This document shows positions 1 through 10,833 of a stretch of 64,000 nt of DNA, in pieces. Origin of the DNA: Candidatus Babeliales bacterium (lineage in GTDB: Bacteria; Babelota; Babeliae; Babelales; JANWKD01); the NCBI GenBank assembly GCA_963722255.1, contig CAVRJO010000001.1, positions 704,001 to 768,000 on the forward strand, written 5' to 3'. The translations under genes and the position numbers were made by a program. The notes under the pieces were generated by a model. That model was given only the letters and a program-made list of their open reading frames with translations, was not told the DNA's origin and searched no databases. Each line of letters starts with the position of its first letter. Position 1 is the stretch's first letter.

Positions 1-954
1 TTATAAAAGTATCAAAAGCTGTTAAGCCAATTAATATCCCTGCATCTTTAATTTTAATATCCGAAAAAGATGATGAATCATGTGCCTTAAAACAACGAAC
101 CGCACCTTTAAAATCAGATGCTAAAAAATTTGTAGATCCAAATGGAATAACTGTTTTTAAAGGAAATAATGAATCAGAACCTGATTTAAGCGATGAAATA
201 ACCTTACATTGTGCTTTTGTTGTATTAAATCTTTTATAGGTCTTAAGATTACCATCGTTATCATAAACAATGGTAACGCCACCGGGAGCCCGAGCAACAA
301 TCGCTAAAGCATTATTGGTAATTTTAACGGTTACAGATTTTTTTTTATTAACACAAAGTGTCTGAACCTCACCATCATCCTTACCTATAACTAACTTATT
401 GTTTCTAAAAAATGAAAGCGCAGTAATACAACTTTTTGTAGACTCAAAAAAAATTTTATCTAAAGCTCTGTTATCTATTGTATCCCATAAGATAATGCTC
501 TTGCTGAGCCCAATGGCAAGAACCGAACCCTTTGGCGATAAATCGAAGCAGCTAATAGTTTCATCAACCTCGCCCTTTATAAGTCTATTTTCATCTCCAT
601 TATAATTATAAAAATAAAAACTATTCGGTTTTCTTTGATTACACCAAGCAATAATAGGTCCTGCTGCACAAATTTTGGTTGGTTGATGCGATAATGTAAT
701 ATCATCTTGCCATTGGGAAAATCCCATTCTATCCCTTAAATATGGCACTATCGGCGGATCATTTCGTTTTAAAGCTATTAAATGTATCTACAATTGCTTC
801 AAAAGATTTTTGTAGCGTATCAAAATCAATTTTTACAATAAGTTCATCAACATCTTTTGAAAGATTCTCATATATACTTTTGATAGTGACCTTATTTTCC
901 ATGCTTTGTGCTGTATGAAGAAAATAAAAATAATAAAAATAATAAAATAACCAT
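1..954 (-). pseudogene. Secreted WD40/beta-propeller-like protein, frameshifted, running off the window start
   Basis: Manual translation: MVILLFLLFLF, shift, LHTAQS-MENKVTIK..., shift near 770-790, then an open frame to base 1 with WD-like strands (ISCFDLSPKGSVLAIGLSKSIILWD; ITALSFFRNNKLVIGKDDGEV). Confidence 0.6.
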
Positions 955-1177
955 CAATACATCCTTTACACGGCGTTATTTACACTCCGTTAAAAAATAA
1001 AATTTTTGAAATCTAAGGAGTGTAAAATTAAAATATTTTCGGAAAAGAAAATATTATTTGAAAAAAATAGATGATCAACAATTCCATGATAAATATCATG
1101 AAAGTGATTAGTTATATTTTTGGCTTATGCAACATTTATTTCGTTAATTTTTTTTGCATTATTAGATCTTGCATAAG

Positions 1178-1294
1178 CTAAATCTTAGAGAATCTTTTTT
1201 GATGAGTAGATTGTTTTGATTGATATTTCATTGCATCCAAGGCGATAACAAAATTTGTAACGCTTATTATTATGAACATTGTTGATTTATTCAT
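1178..1294 (-). pseudogene. Short remnant of a signal-peptide protein gene
   Basis: MNKSTMFIIISVTNFVIALDA-MKYQ..., stops after 38 aa. Confidence 0.35.
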
Positions 1295-1900
1295 TATGCG
1301 TCCTTTAAAAAAAGATGAATAAAACTATTTTTTGAATCACAACTATAGCACAATTTTTTTTGCATTCCAATTTTATTATTTTTAAAACAAAAAAAACTTT
1401 ATATCAAAAAGTTTTTAATGAAATTGACCCAAGAATAATTGTTTTTAATGCTTTAATCAACTCAAAATAAAATTATCTATAAAGAAGGAAATTCTTCGGT
1501 ATAAATTTTTATTTATAAAGATATTGGACAGCAAATCATAGCTTACATGCCCAATATCACTCTATCTTTCTTATGATAATTATACATTTTTCATCTTCAA
1601 AAGTTGCACGCCCAGGCCTAGATTTAGAACATATTGGATTCTGGGGAACTAAATTTTTTAATGTCACGTTTTTTAATTTCATTTTTTAACTTTGCAATAT
1701 TCACTGCAATAAAACTAGAGAGAGAATACCTTGCTGTTGTTTCTCTATAGACAACCATTAATAGCTGATGGCGTACTGCTCTCAAGCGCTTCACGTAATG
1801 TTGCAAGTTTATCCAAATGTTCAATGAAAAGATCCGGATCAGTAATTTTGAAAGGCCTTGCAATTTCCCTAAATCCTTTTTTATCATTTTGTATTTCTCT

Positions 1901-2461
1901 CTAAAATTTTTCTTTTTCTTCTTGAGAATAATGCCTCATCTTCTGAAAAATTTTACAACGTTCGATTTGTAAAATCATTCTGTCTTCATCATCAAGATTG
2001 TTCAGAATCATAATTTTATGTTCAAACTTTTCAATTTGCTGTAAAAAATTTCTATCTTGACCAAAAGCTTCTTGAATAAGAAGATCCATTGCGGATGCTA
2101 CCACTGAATTTGCTGGAGATAGATCATTATACCTATTTCTCTGCTTGCGAGATTCATGTAGGGGAGGCATTGCAGTCCTAAAAAAGTTAAAACCTTCTTC
2201 TAAAGACCATTCCTTTTTCACGTTTTCATCATCACAATCCTGAAAAATAAATTTATCATCAACAACTTTTAAGTCACGGTTTAAGTAAGCATCTAAAAAT
2301 GAAACTTGAGTTTTTAATTGACTTAAATATTCTTCTTTTTTAAGGCTTACAAGTTGTTGTTCAAGTTCATTGATACTCATTTCTTGAACTGGTTTATCCT
2401 TCTTTTCCATTGCCTGCAATCCAGCTATCATTGAAGCAAAAGCAAATGAGCATGTTAACAA
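1901..2461 (-). CDS. Secreted hypothetical protein
   Basis: 186 aa ORF; hydrophobic N-terminus ending LQA-MEK; directly downstream of mlaD. Confidence 0.7.
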   Translation of the reverse strand: MLTCSFAFASMIAGLQAMEKKDKPVQEMSINELEQQLVSLKKEEYLSQLKTQVSFLDAYLNRDLKVVDDKFIFQDCDDENVKKEWSLEEGFNFFRTAMPPLHESRKQRNRYNDLSPANSVVASAMDLLIQEAFGQDRNFLQQIEKFEHKIMILNNLDDEDRMILQIERCKIFQKMRHYSQEEKEKF

Positions 2462-2488
2462 TTTTTTTATTTTGATAATTCCTTATTT

Positions 2489-4144
2489 TTATCCACCACC
2501 GGTTGCGCCAAAAATGCCAAGCTTATCAGCAAAGAATTTCAAGTCATCATCACTAAAGCGTACACCTATACCAAAGAATCCATTTGCATTTTCCCTACTT
2601 ACAAAATCATCAGCACCAAAGGCCATATAAATATTACGCATAATGAATACTCTGTTGATCCATTTAAGATGTGGATTACTATCATTCATACGATCACGAC
2701 CACGCACATCAAATAACTCAAGAGTTGTGACCCAGCGGAACTTATCGGTACCAAATGGTATTTCAATGTCTACGCCAATACCAACGGTATTTTCAAAAAG
2801 ACCCATTCTAAAGGCAACATCTTTAAATATTTTTCCTATTTGGACACCGTATTTATATTGATCCAAGTTACGTTCAATCGTTTCGATTCTACCGATCAAC
2901 TCAGGCAATAAGATAACTCGATCCGCTTGAAAGAAATCCTGAGCAAGGAATTGATGGTTATCTTCATCGTACCAATTTTTTATCAATTCACGACGACGAA
3001 TTGTTCCTTTTTGCGATCCAACAAGTTGGAAAATATAAAAATGATCATCATTTGGGTGAATTCTTACATCGAGATATCCTTTTGCATCTTGGAATACAAC
3101 ACGTTCTGCAGGTCGATACATATATTCACCATGTGAATCGAGTACAATGCTTAAATTATCAACTTTGGTAAAGTAGTTTTTTAGACCACCAACTGCTGAT
3201 TTTAGATCAAAGTAAGCCTCATCTTCATTAATTAATTTACCAATGAGACCTTTACCTTCGTCAATTTTTTCAGCTATAGAATTAATATTTTTAAAACCGG
3301 TAGTTGCCTCTTGAGCAGCATTTTCTAATGCATTTGTGGTGTGCTCAAGCTGATAGGTAATTGAACCAAAATCACGATCAAATACATCTGACATTCGTTC
3401 TACACTGTTTTTAAAGGAAGGCAAAAAATCTGATTCTAACTTATTTGAAAGTCTCGAAAGATCGTTGCCTAAAGTAGGAATGGTATTTTTCATTTCTTGG
3501 GCAATATCACGAAGATCGGCTAAAATTGCATTGACGTTACTTTCATTATAAGAAAGAGTTCGGTCTAACATTTCGGAGAAATGTGCAATCCGCTCGGCTG
3601 CCATATTAAAGTGTTGCATCGTTTCACGGAACTCATCCTTACCACGCTCTCCACCAAGTGTTTCTCTCAAGGAACTGGTTACATCTTCAACGTTCACTGC
3701 AATTGATTGCACTTTATAAAGAATTTCATCTACCGAAACTGGTGGACGACCTGGTTTACCAAGTGCCTGTCCTGGACACAAATCCGGAAGGTAAGGGTCG
3801 CCAGGGATTAACTCAAGATATTTTGTTCCAAGAAGACCTTCTTGTCGGACAATAGCATACGCATCAGAGTGTAGAATAAACTTTTTTTGAATCATGAGAT
3901 TAGCTTTTGCTTGAAATTCATGATCTTCAATAAGTTCAATAGAGTCTACCCAACCAACTTTTACTCCGGCAATTTTAACGTCACTCTTTTTTTCTAAACC
4001 CGAAATATCATTAAAATAGACAACCTGCTTTTTATAGTTTCTTCTATCGAGCCTAAAAACTCCAAGCTGAGTTGTCATATAAAAAAATAACGCTAATGCG
4101 CCAACCACCAAAATACCAACGCGTGTTTCTGTTTTAATCTGCAA
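2489..4144 (-). CDS. mlaD: MCE/MlaD family lipid transport protein
   Basis: N-terminal TM, MCE motif FNDISGLEKKSDVKIAGVKVGWV...GLLGTKYLELIPG, helical region, GKGLIGKLINED. Confidence 0.9.
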   Translation of the reverse strand: MQIKTETRVGILVVGALALFFYMTTQLGVFRLDRRNYKKQVVYFNDISGLEKKSDVKIAGVKVGWVDSIELIEDHEFQAKANLMIQKKFILHSDAYAIVRQEGLLGTKYLELIPGDPYLPDLCPGQALGKPGRPPVSVDEILYKVQSIAVNVEDVTSSLRETLGGERGKDEFRETMQHFNMAAERIAHFSEMLDRTLSYNESNVNAILADLRDIAQEMKNTIPTLGNDLSRLSNKLESDFLPSFKNSVERMSDVFDRDFGSITYQLEHTTNALENAAQEATTGFKNINSIAEKIDEGKGLIGKLINEDEAYFDLKSAVGGLKNYFTKVDNLSIVLDSHGEYMYRPAERVVFQDAKGYLDVRIHPNDDHFYIFQLVGSQKGTIRRRELIKNWYDEDNHQFLAQDFFQADRVILLPELIGRIETIERNLDQYKYGVQIGKIFKDVAFRMGLFENTVGIGVDIEIPFGTDKFRWVTTLELFDVRGRDRMNDSNPHLKWINRVFIMRNIYMAFGADDFVSRENANGFFGIGVRFSDDDLKFFADKLGIFGATGGG

Positions 4145-4163
4145 AGTAAATTCCTTTTTCAGA

Positions 4164-5228
4164 TCAAAGCCAATATAATTTTTTTACTAAAAACTTCGCA
4201 GGTTCTTGAACTTCAATAAGCGCAAAAACCTTTTGAGTAATTTTTCCAACCGTACCATAAGAAAGTACACTAAACATTGTTGCACGAAATTTTGTAGATA
4301 ACAACATCGTTAAATCAGTAGATACTGCTTTTAATTCTTTTGAATAAAGCTTCTCTAAACTTGTTTCCCACACGGTTTTTAAATCTCCCGAAACAGATTT
4401 TAAATTGCTCAATAACTGTTCAATATTTTTTTGCTCTTGTTCATTAATCTCAGCTCGTTTCAATGCAAATATAGCTCTTATGGAATCGGACAACAACCAA
4501 GCATTCATCTCAGGTTGTTCTGACCATACCGTAAATATATCAGTTAAATACACAGGCCTTTGCTCCTTTTTTTCAATGCTCGGAGGCTCATAAAAAACTC
4601 TGTCTTTAAAGATGTTCTGAAATTCCTCAATAGTCAGCAACTCCGTCACATCATGTACCTTATACTGCCTTTGTTTTAAAAACTTTTCAAATGCTTCAGA
4701 TAAATCTTTATTATTGAGAAATTTTTTGGCTGATGCAAAAAATGCACTAACAGCTTTTTTCATATCACCTTGGGCAGCACCTTCATGTAAAAATTTTTTT
4801 GTAGTAAAGTCAAATATTTTATTAATATCAAGCTTCCCATTTTCACTCATTATGCAAAATTTTACACTACCATCAATACCTTCGATTTCCTCATCCAGCT
4901 TATATTCTTGCCAAAGATTTAAGTGAGAAAGATTTTTTTTCAAAAATAAGAGATTTGGATCTTGTTTCTCTTTTTTTTCATCGGGCTTTTCAGTAGTTTT
5001 TTGTTGATCTTCTTTTTCAAGATTAACAGCAAGTTGATTCATAGCAAGCTGAATTCCGCCAAGAGCAATTTGTTTTGCTTGTTCTCGTTCAATCATAGTT
5101 TTTGCAAAATAAAGATGTGTGCGTCCTTTATTAAAAAGTTGCGTAACCATTATAACCATAATACTTAAAATAATAAGAGTAAGTACGAGTATGTAACCCT
5201 GTGATGCATTATTATGTTGTTGTTTCAT
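4164..5228 (-). CDS. gspK: Type II secretion minor pseudopilin GspK-like
   Basis: QGYILVLTLIILSIMV prepilin-like N-terminus lacking E5; SENGKLDIN motif; operon position. Confidence 0.8.
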   Translation of the reverse strand: MKQQHNNASQGYILVLTLIILSIMVIMVTQLFNKGRTHLYFAKTMIEREQAKQIALGGIQLAMNQLAVNLEKEDQQKTTEKPDEKKEKQDPNLLFLKKNLSHLNLWQEYKLDEEIEGIDGSVKFCIMSENGKLDINKIFDFTTKKFLHEGAAQGDMKKAVSAFFASAKKFLNNKDLSEAFEKFLKQRQYKVHDVTELLTIEEFQNIFKDRVFYEPPSIEKKEQRPVYLTDIFTVWSEQPEMNAWLLSDSIRAIFALKRAEINEQEQKNIEQLLSNLKSVSGDLKTVWETSLEKLYSKELKAVSTDLTMLLSTKFRATMFSVLSYGTVGKITQKVFALIEVQEPAKFLVKKLYWL

Positions 5229-5232
5229 ACAT

Positions 5233-6204
5233 TCATCCTAAACCTGGTACTACTGGTTTTATTTTTTCACCTTCTTTATGCGCCTGTTCTTTTTGATCGG
5301 AACCTTGCGGTGGTTTTTTTTCAGGCGGCTTCACTCCTAGTTTTTTCTGTTTCTTTGCCATTGTTTGTGCAACAAAAGTTGTTATCTGAAAATTAAAAAC
5401 AAATGATTCTTCACGTTGCTTGTTATCCCAAAATTCGCAGGTACATTGTATAAATTCAGGAATTTTTGGTTGCTCTTGCTGCTCTTCTTTTTTTGTCTCC
5501 ACATCCCAATTTTTAACCGTTTTATATTCTGGTTTTGGTTTTTCCTGTTCTTTGTTTTTAGTTTCTTTTGACGCTTCTTGCTTTTCTTCTTTTTTGACAG
5601 GATAGGTATACTCACATTTTATTGATTTAACACCGCTTGCAAGTTCAAAACCTCGTATCGGTTTTGCTGCTTTAGGATCATATGCCTTAAAATCCAGCTC
5701 TTGCGATTCTTGTCGTACTAAACTCAATGATTTGGGATTTTCTTCATCAGGAATTAATCTATACACAACACGCACAATGCGCGATTTTGGTTTAACATTT
5801 ACTGCTTTTTCATAAACTTTTATTGGATTGTTGGTGATAAAGGTAAGCAGCTGCAAAGCATCTTCAGCACCATTTTCAGCATAAAAAATCTTTTCAGTTG
5901 GCTTACGCTTTTTCTGTTCATCTTCTTTTTTTTGTTCAGGCTGTTTTGTGGTTTCTTTGCTTTCAGCAGGTTTTTTTGGTGTTGGAGTCTGTGTCAAATC
6001 AGTTTCATCAGGAATAAAAATGCCGGCAAAATCTTTTTCAAACTGATTCTCTACAAGAGCAGCGCGAAGATCGATTGTTATAAAATTATCTGCAATCGAT
6101 ACCACACGATTAGTAACAAAAAAAGCATTATAAAGCGCAGTACCGATTAATGAAGAAAGAAAAAGGCCAATAGAAAGCTCTATAAGAGTAAAACCTTTTT
6201 TCAT
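5233..6204 (-). CDS. gspJ: Prepilin-type pseudopilin GspJ-like
   Basis: KKGFTLIELSIGL methylation motif; RVVYRL; operon position. Confidence 0.75.
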   Translation of the reverse strand: MKKGFTLIELSIGLFLSSLIGTALYNAFFVTNRVVSIADNFITIDLRAALVENQFEKDFAGIFIPDETDLTQTPTPKKPAESKETTKQPEQKKEDEQKKRKPTEKIFYAENGAEDALQLLTFITNNPIKVYEKAVNVKPKSRIVRVVYRLIPDEENPKSLSLVRQESQELDFKAYDPKAAKPIRGFELASGVKSIKCEYTYPVKKEEKQEASKETKNKEQEKPKPEYKTVKNWDVETKKEEQQEQPKIPEFIQCTCEFWDNKQREESFVFNFQITTFVAQTMAKKQKKLGVKPPEKKPPQGSDQKEQAHKEGEKIKPVVPGLG

Positions 6205-6632
6205 TTTTTTTCATTCTCCTTTTTTTCAGGAGCTTTGTATAAAAATGTAATCATTGTCTCGCTCTTTTTTTTTCGTCCTTCTTGCCATTGTGCTTCAGCT
6301 TTTTCAATAAAACAAGATTCGAATTTTTTAAGGGCAGATTTTTCATTAATTTTTTGCAAGACATACGATAGCTTAAATTCCTTTTCTTGCGCTGCCGGTT
6401 GAGCTTGTTTTTCCTCTTTTTGTTCTGCACGATCTAATGCTGCAACTATTAATCTATTTCTTAATGAGAAAATATGTCTGAGTCGCGCAGAATAATCTAC
6501 CACAGAATTGAATGTAATATTTTGTAATGATAAAATTGCCGTCAAAAGCATGCCGAGCATGACAATTGCGATCATAACTTCCATAAAACTGAAACCGGGC
6601 GACGAACTGTTAAGGTTTTTGAAATGTATCAT
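6201..6632 (-). CDS. gspI: Prepilin-type pseudopilin GspI-like
   Basis: PGFSFMEVMIAIVML motif; operon position. Confidence 0.75.
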   Translation of the reverse strand: MIHFKNLNSSSPGFSFMEVMIAIVMLGMLLTAILSLQNITFNSVVDYSARLRHIFSLRNRLIVAALDRAEQKEEKQAQPAAQEKEFKLSYVLQKINEKSALKKFESCFIEKAEAQWQEGRKKKSETMITFLYKAPEKKENEKK

Positions 6633-7158
6633 ATTCTTTTAGTTGTACGGTGAACGGATTGAGAACTAATCCTAATCTAATTGGTTGTGTTTGGCTAGTA
6701 TCCTCAACATTAATAATGACATTCTGAGAAAGCCCTTCAGGCATTATATAAAACCACATGGATGAAGTTTTGCGCTCAGGCTGATTAAGCTCATCATTAC
6801 CATCAATAAAGAAATTTTTAATCTCTATTTGTTCTGGCCATTCATAAGAGTTTGCACGATATGTTTGGGTAATTGGTTTATACATAACCTCGCCTGCAGA
6901 TGCTCCCGGCTCTTCACTTTCAAGAGAGACAACTCTTTTTTCAACATCAAAAAAAACGCGAATAATTTTTTGTGAAGCAAGAGCATCTTGCCAACCAAGC
7001 GCCATCAAGGTATTAAGCTCCGAAATGAATGCTTTACGTTTATGGCCGGGAACACGCTGTTGCAAATTTGGAATAACAATGGTTGCCACTATGCCAAGAA
7101 GCAAAATGACAACCATAATTTCCAGTAAACTAAATCCTTGTTTAGCTCTTCCAAACAC
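6610..7158 (-). CDS. gspH: Prepilin-type pseudopilin GspH-like
   Basis: QGFSLLEIMVVILLLGIVATIVIP; FYIMPEG. Confidence 0.8.
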   Translation of the reverse strand: MFGRAKQGFSLLEIMVVILLLGIVATIVIPNLQQRVPGHKRKAFISELNTLMALGWQDALASQKIIRVFFDVEKRVVSLESEEPGASAGEVMYKPITQTYRANSYEWPEQIEIKNFFIDGNDELNQPERKTSSMWFYIMPEGLSQNVIINVEDTSQTQPIRLGLVLNPFTVQLKEYDTFQKP

Positions 7159-7594
7159 TAATGTAATCCTCTTCAGTTGCTACATCAGGGCCTTTGTCAC
7201 CAAATGAATATAATTCATATGGATGTTCAGCACCAGGCGTTATCTTATATTGGAACTCATTGCCCCAAGGATCTTCCGGAAGGCCTTTTTCAAGATACGG
7301 CAATGACCATTTTTTTCCAGCAGCGCCAGATGGCTTTTCTACCAAGTCTTTAAGTTCTTTAGGATATGAACCAATTTCAGCATGATAATTATTAACAGCT
7401 TGTGAAATAGCATTCAAGCTTGCTCGAGCAGAATTTTCTTTTCCTTTTACGAGCCATCTGTAGGTAGCGGGACCAACGGTTGCTAATAAAATCCCCATAA
7501 TCAAAATCACTACGGAAATTTCAATGAGACTGAACCCTTGAACAAGATCAGCTCTTTTTTTGCGCATTGAGAGTAACATAAAATATCCTTTCAT
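7142..7594 (-). CDS. gspG: Major pseudopilin GspG
   Basis: GFSLIE motif; YPKELKDLVEKP...W..PYL...DPWGNEFQY...YELYSFG. Confidence 0.92.
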   Translation of the reverse strand: MKGYFMLLSMRKKRADLVQGFSLIEISVVILIMGILLATVGPATYRWLVKGKENSARASLNAISQAVNNYHAEIGSYPKELKDLVEKPSGAAGKKWSLPYLEKGLPEDPWGNEFQYKITPGAEHPYELYSFGDKGPDVATEEDYISVWKS

Positions 7595-7599
7595 TTTAG

Positions 7600-8811
7600 T
7601 TAGCCTAATTTTGTCATTTGCATCATTGGCTGAACAATTGACAATACAACAAATCCAACAACAACAGCCATCACCAACAACATTATTGGTTCAAGCTTTG
7701 AAGCAAGCGCATCAGAAAAATCTGATAAATCTGCTTCATAATTTTTTGCAACGGTTAAAAGCATAAAATCAAGCTGCCCGCTTTCTTCACCGGTTTTGAG
7801 CAAATAGATTGCAATAGGCGGGAAAATACCGGTCTGACGCAAGTATTCAGCAATTTTACCTTGTTTAATAATATTATCTCGAGCCTTACTTAATGCATCT
7901 TTTAGAATACGATTGTCAATAATTTTTACCACAATATCAAGCGATTCAGAAAGATTAACTCCGCTTTCTAAAAGCATACCTAATGTTCTACTGAATTGTA
8001 CTACAGCTCCCATGCGAGTAAAAAAGCTTACAACAGGAATTTTTAATTTTATTTTATCAACCGTGCGTGCACCACTGGGTGTTTTGCTCCAATAATCGAT
8101 ACAAAATAACGGTACAATAATAAAAATAATAATAGCTATATAATAGGTACGAATAAAGTCTGAAAGCGTTATTAGAAATTGCGTTGTTGCTGGCAACTTG
8201 GTTCCTTGTGCTGTAAATGTTTGCGTTAACGTTGGAATTACGAACGTCAAAAGCGCAACAACGATAAGAGCAACGACTCCCAACTGAATCAAAGGATATG
8301 AAAGTGCACCCTTAACCTTTTTTGTTAATTCGGCACGTCGTTCCATATATTCAACCAAACGCTCTAAAATCATCTCAAGTTTACCACTTGCCTCACCAGC
8401 GCGTACAAGCTGAACATAAATCGTATCAAAGACTTTGGGATATTTACTTAATCCATCAGCAAAAGATTTACCTTCCTTAATGCCATCTTTTATAGCAATT
8501 ACAATTGATTTTAATCGACCTTCAAACTGTTCGATTAAAAGTTCTAGAGCTTGCAAAAGAGGAACACCGGATTTAAGTAGAACTGCAAGTTGCTTGGTAA
8601 ATAATATCTTATCTTTTAAGGTTATTCCTTTTTGAAACAGTTTTTTGTACCAAGCCTGAGCTCCCGATTGATCTTTAGCCAACTGAACATTAATCGGATA
8701 CATGCCTTGTTTGGTTATTTGCTGCAATGCTGCTTCTTGAGATTGAGCATCTAATGTTCCACTAACTTTTTTACCATCTTTTGCATATGCTTGGTAAGAA
8801 TATAAAGCCAT
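7600..8811 (-). CDS. gspF: Type II secretion inner-membrane platform protein GspF/PilC
   Basis: FTKQLAVLLKSGVPLLQAL; RAGEASGKL; ALSYP; TGEESGQL; LEP. Confidence 0.95.
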   Translation of the reverse strand: MALYSYQAYAKDGKKVSGTLDAQSQEAALQQITKQGMYPINVQLAKDQSGAQAWYKKLFQKGITLKDKILFTKQLAVLLKSGVPLLQALELLIEQFEGRLKSIVIAIKDGIKEGKSFADGLSKYPKVFDTIYVQLVRAGEASGKLEMILERLVEYMERRAELTKKVKGALSYPLIQLGVVALIVVALLTFVIPTLTQTFTAQGTKLPATTQFLITLSDFIRTYYIAIIIFIIVPLFCIDYWSKTPSGARTVDKIKLKIPVVSFFTRMGAVVQFSRTLGMLLESGVNLSESLDIVVKIIDNRILKDALSKARDNIIKQGKIAEYLRQTGIFPPIAIYLLKTGEESGQLDFMLLTVAKNYEADLSDFSDALASKLEPIMLLVMAVVVGFVVLSIVQPMMQMTKLG

Positions 8812-8937
8812 TGTTAACCTTTTTTTACCCTATAGCTTACTCTGGTTAGAAAATTTGTATTAATTTTTTTTTTCGTGCTAAGATACGTTTTTGTACCTCT
8901 TACATTTCTTTTACTTATTAGTTTATAAGGAGTTGCT

Positions 8938-9921
8938 ATGAAAAGTACATCAATTTTATTTTTTATCGCCTTTGTATTAGTTATTTCATCTTCAATCGAT
9001 GCAAAACATTCTGCGCTAGAATACAATGATGATTTTCTAACAACATGTTGCAAACCACTTAACTTTACTCAACCACGTACTGTACATTATTTTTTACAAA
9101 ATGTCTTCAGCAATAAACGATATGCCCAAGAATATTTGCCTTACAATATGGGCACGCATTGTATACAATTTTTAGAAGATGGCAAAAAGTTACAAAAAAG
9201 TGCTGCCTATATGGAAGCATCTCTCAGACTATTTTATAATAAAATGAAAGAATGTCCTTTTGTCTGCCCATTTGGTTTATCAGAGTTTCTTGATAAGGCT
9301 ACACTCTGTATCAAACACGGCACTTCAGCATTTAATCATGAAGATTTTTACAACGATATAGAAAAAAATGCTATGGATATTTTTGTTCCCACTTTTGTTT
9401 CAGACTTTTCATTCTTTAAAAGCAACCCTGAACAATTTTTAAAAAATTTAGCACATTCTGTGACGCTTATGGTAAAAAACACTTTTAATGTTCACGATCA
9501 TGTTGCTCAAGAGCATCTTAAACAGATGTTTGTTCGAACGGTCGAACTTGGGCTTATGAAGCTCATATGGACACCTAATGATCAGATTGGGGCTTGGCAT
9601 TCATTTAAAAAGTTGGCAACACAATGCGTCAATTTATTAGAAATGGATCTTATTTCTCCTGACGAACTTGATGATCTCTTTAAATCATTATTAGAGAGCT
9701 TCTGTAGGTTCCTTGATTTAGCCGGATCGGAACTTTCTTTAACGGTCATTGATACCATTAAAGAAGATGTTCTTTCAAATGAGTTGCTCATATTTGAATT
9801 TGAAGAACAAGAACAGATGCTTGAAACCAAGCGCGAACGTCTTCTTGATGTTTTGATGGAAACTGAAGCTAAAATCGAAGCGCGTATGCGTGGTATTATT
9901 ACGGATATTGTAGTTTGTTAA
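8938..9921 (+). CDS. Exported hypothetical protein
   Basis: 327 aa ORF with AGGAG RBS and signal peptide; divergent from gspF. Confidence 0.8.
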   Translation: MKSTSILFFIAFVLVISSSIDAKHSALEYNDDFLTTCCKPLNFTQPRTVHYFLQNVFSNKRYAQEYLPYNMGTHCIQFLEDGKKLQKSAAYMEASLRLFYNKMKECPFVCPFGLSEFLDKATLCIKHGTSAFNHEDFYNDIEKNAMDIFVPTFVSDFSFFKSNPEQFLKNLAHSVTLMVKNTFNVHDHVAQEHLKQMFVRTVELGLMKLIWTPNDQIGAWHSFKKLATQCVNLLEMDLISPDELDDLFKSLLESFCRFLDLAGSELSLTVIDTIKEDVLSNELLIFEFEEQEQMLETKRERLLDVLMETEAKIEARMRGIITDIVVC

Positions 9922-9952
9922 CACATATATTTATTCAAAAAAGGGAATTGTT

Positions 9953-10459
9953 ATGATAAAAAAGAATAGTATGCTAGCTTACGCATTCTTAATAACCTCT
10001 TTAGCAGCATCGTTACATGGTGAAAATAAAAAAGATAAATACGAAGAATGGTGCCAAAATCTTGATCTTAATGAAGAACAAGCTCAAAAACTCTCATCAT
10101 ATCTCGATGAATTCAAAAGTTTAGCCACCAAAGAAAAACTGCAATCATATCGCAATGCAGTCAAAGAGAATAAAACAGCGGAAGAAAAATTTCTTGAAGA
10201 CACTGAAGCACAAATATTTTGGCTAAAAACACAACAATTGATTGAAGATCGCGTTTTGTGTAAAGCATTAGTTCAGATGCTTTTATTAACAGGACTTGAT
10301 ATCAGCTATCTTATTCATAATAAAGATTTAGAGAAGCTTGGTTCAGAAGAGAATCCAATTAAGGAAATTGACATTGAAGAAACAACTCGTTTTTTTGAAC
10401 AAGTTGAAAGAACAGTTAATGCATGTAAGTCATGTAATAAATTTCATAAGAAAAAATAA
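9953..10459 (+). CDS. Exported hypothetical protein with C-terminal CxxCxxxH-like tail
   Basis: Signal peptide; ends ACKSCNKFHKKK. Confidence 0.7.
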   Translation: MIKKNSMLAYAFLITSLAASLHGENKKDKYEEWCQNLDLNEEQAQKLSSYLDEFKSLATKEKLQSYRNAVKENKTAEEKFLEDTEAQIFWLKTQQLIEDRVLCKALVQMLLLTGLDISYLIHNKDLEKLGSEENPIKEIDIEETTRFFEQVERTVNACKSCNKFHKKK

Positions 10460-10508
10460 AATTTCTTAGGTATTTTGTTTGTTCAAAATACCTAAAACCA
10501 AAATTTTT

Positions 10509-10735
10509 TATTAGCAGTATTTTGCATGCCCAAAATAGTGCAGACAAAAGGGCACAAACAGTTCCTTTTGATCCCTTTCCCATGCGTATATGCACCACAC
10601 ATCATTTCGGCTTTGCAGCCTCATGATTTCGGGTGCACGACGCATTACCGGAATATATTTTATAAGTCTGATTTTTTACTAAGACATGTATGTTTTTCAA
10701 CACAAAAAACAATTATTAATCGCAAAGTTGTCATT
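10509..10735 (-). repeat. About 225-bp structured repeat, copy 1
   Basis: Reverse complement aligns with 30014-30236; contains several hairpins. Confidence 0.85.
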
Positions 10736-10757
10736 AAAGAGCAATATACCAATGAAT

Positions 10758-10810
10758 GTCATTGCGAGAGCCTACTTCGCTTTGCGAAGTATGGTTCGTG
10801 GCAACCCAGT
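10758..10810. repeat. Lone arm of GTCAT palindromic element with internal hairpin
   Basis: gtcattgcgagagcc-tacttcgc-ttt-gcgaagta-tggttcgtggcaacccagt. Confidence 0.8.
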
Positions 10811-10833
10811 AATAAAATTATTCTTTCTTATTT

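Noticed and set aside
1624..1887. 87-aa ORF downstream of 1901
   Set aside because: No recognisable motif; may be a decayed gene but cannot be supported.
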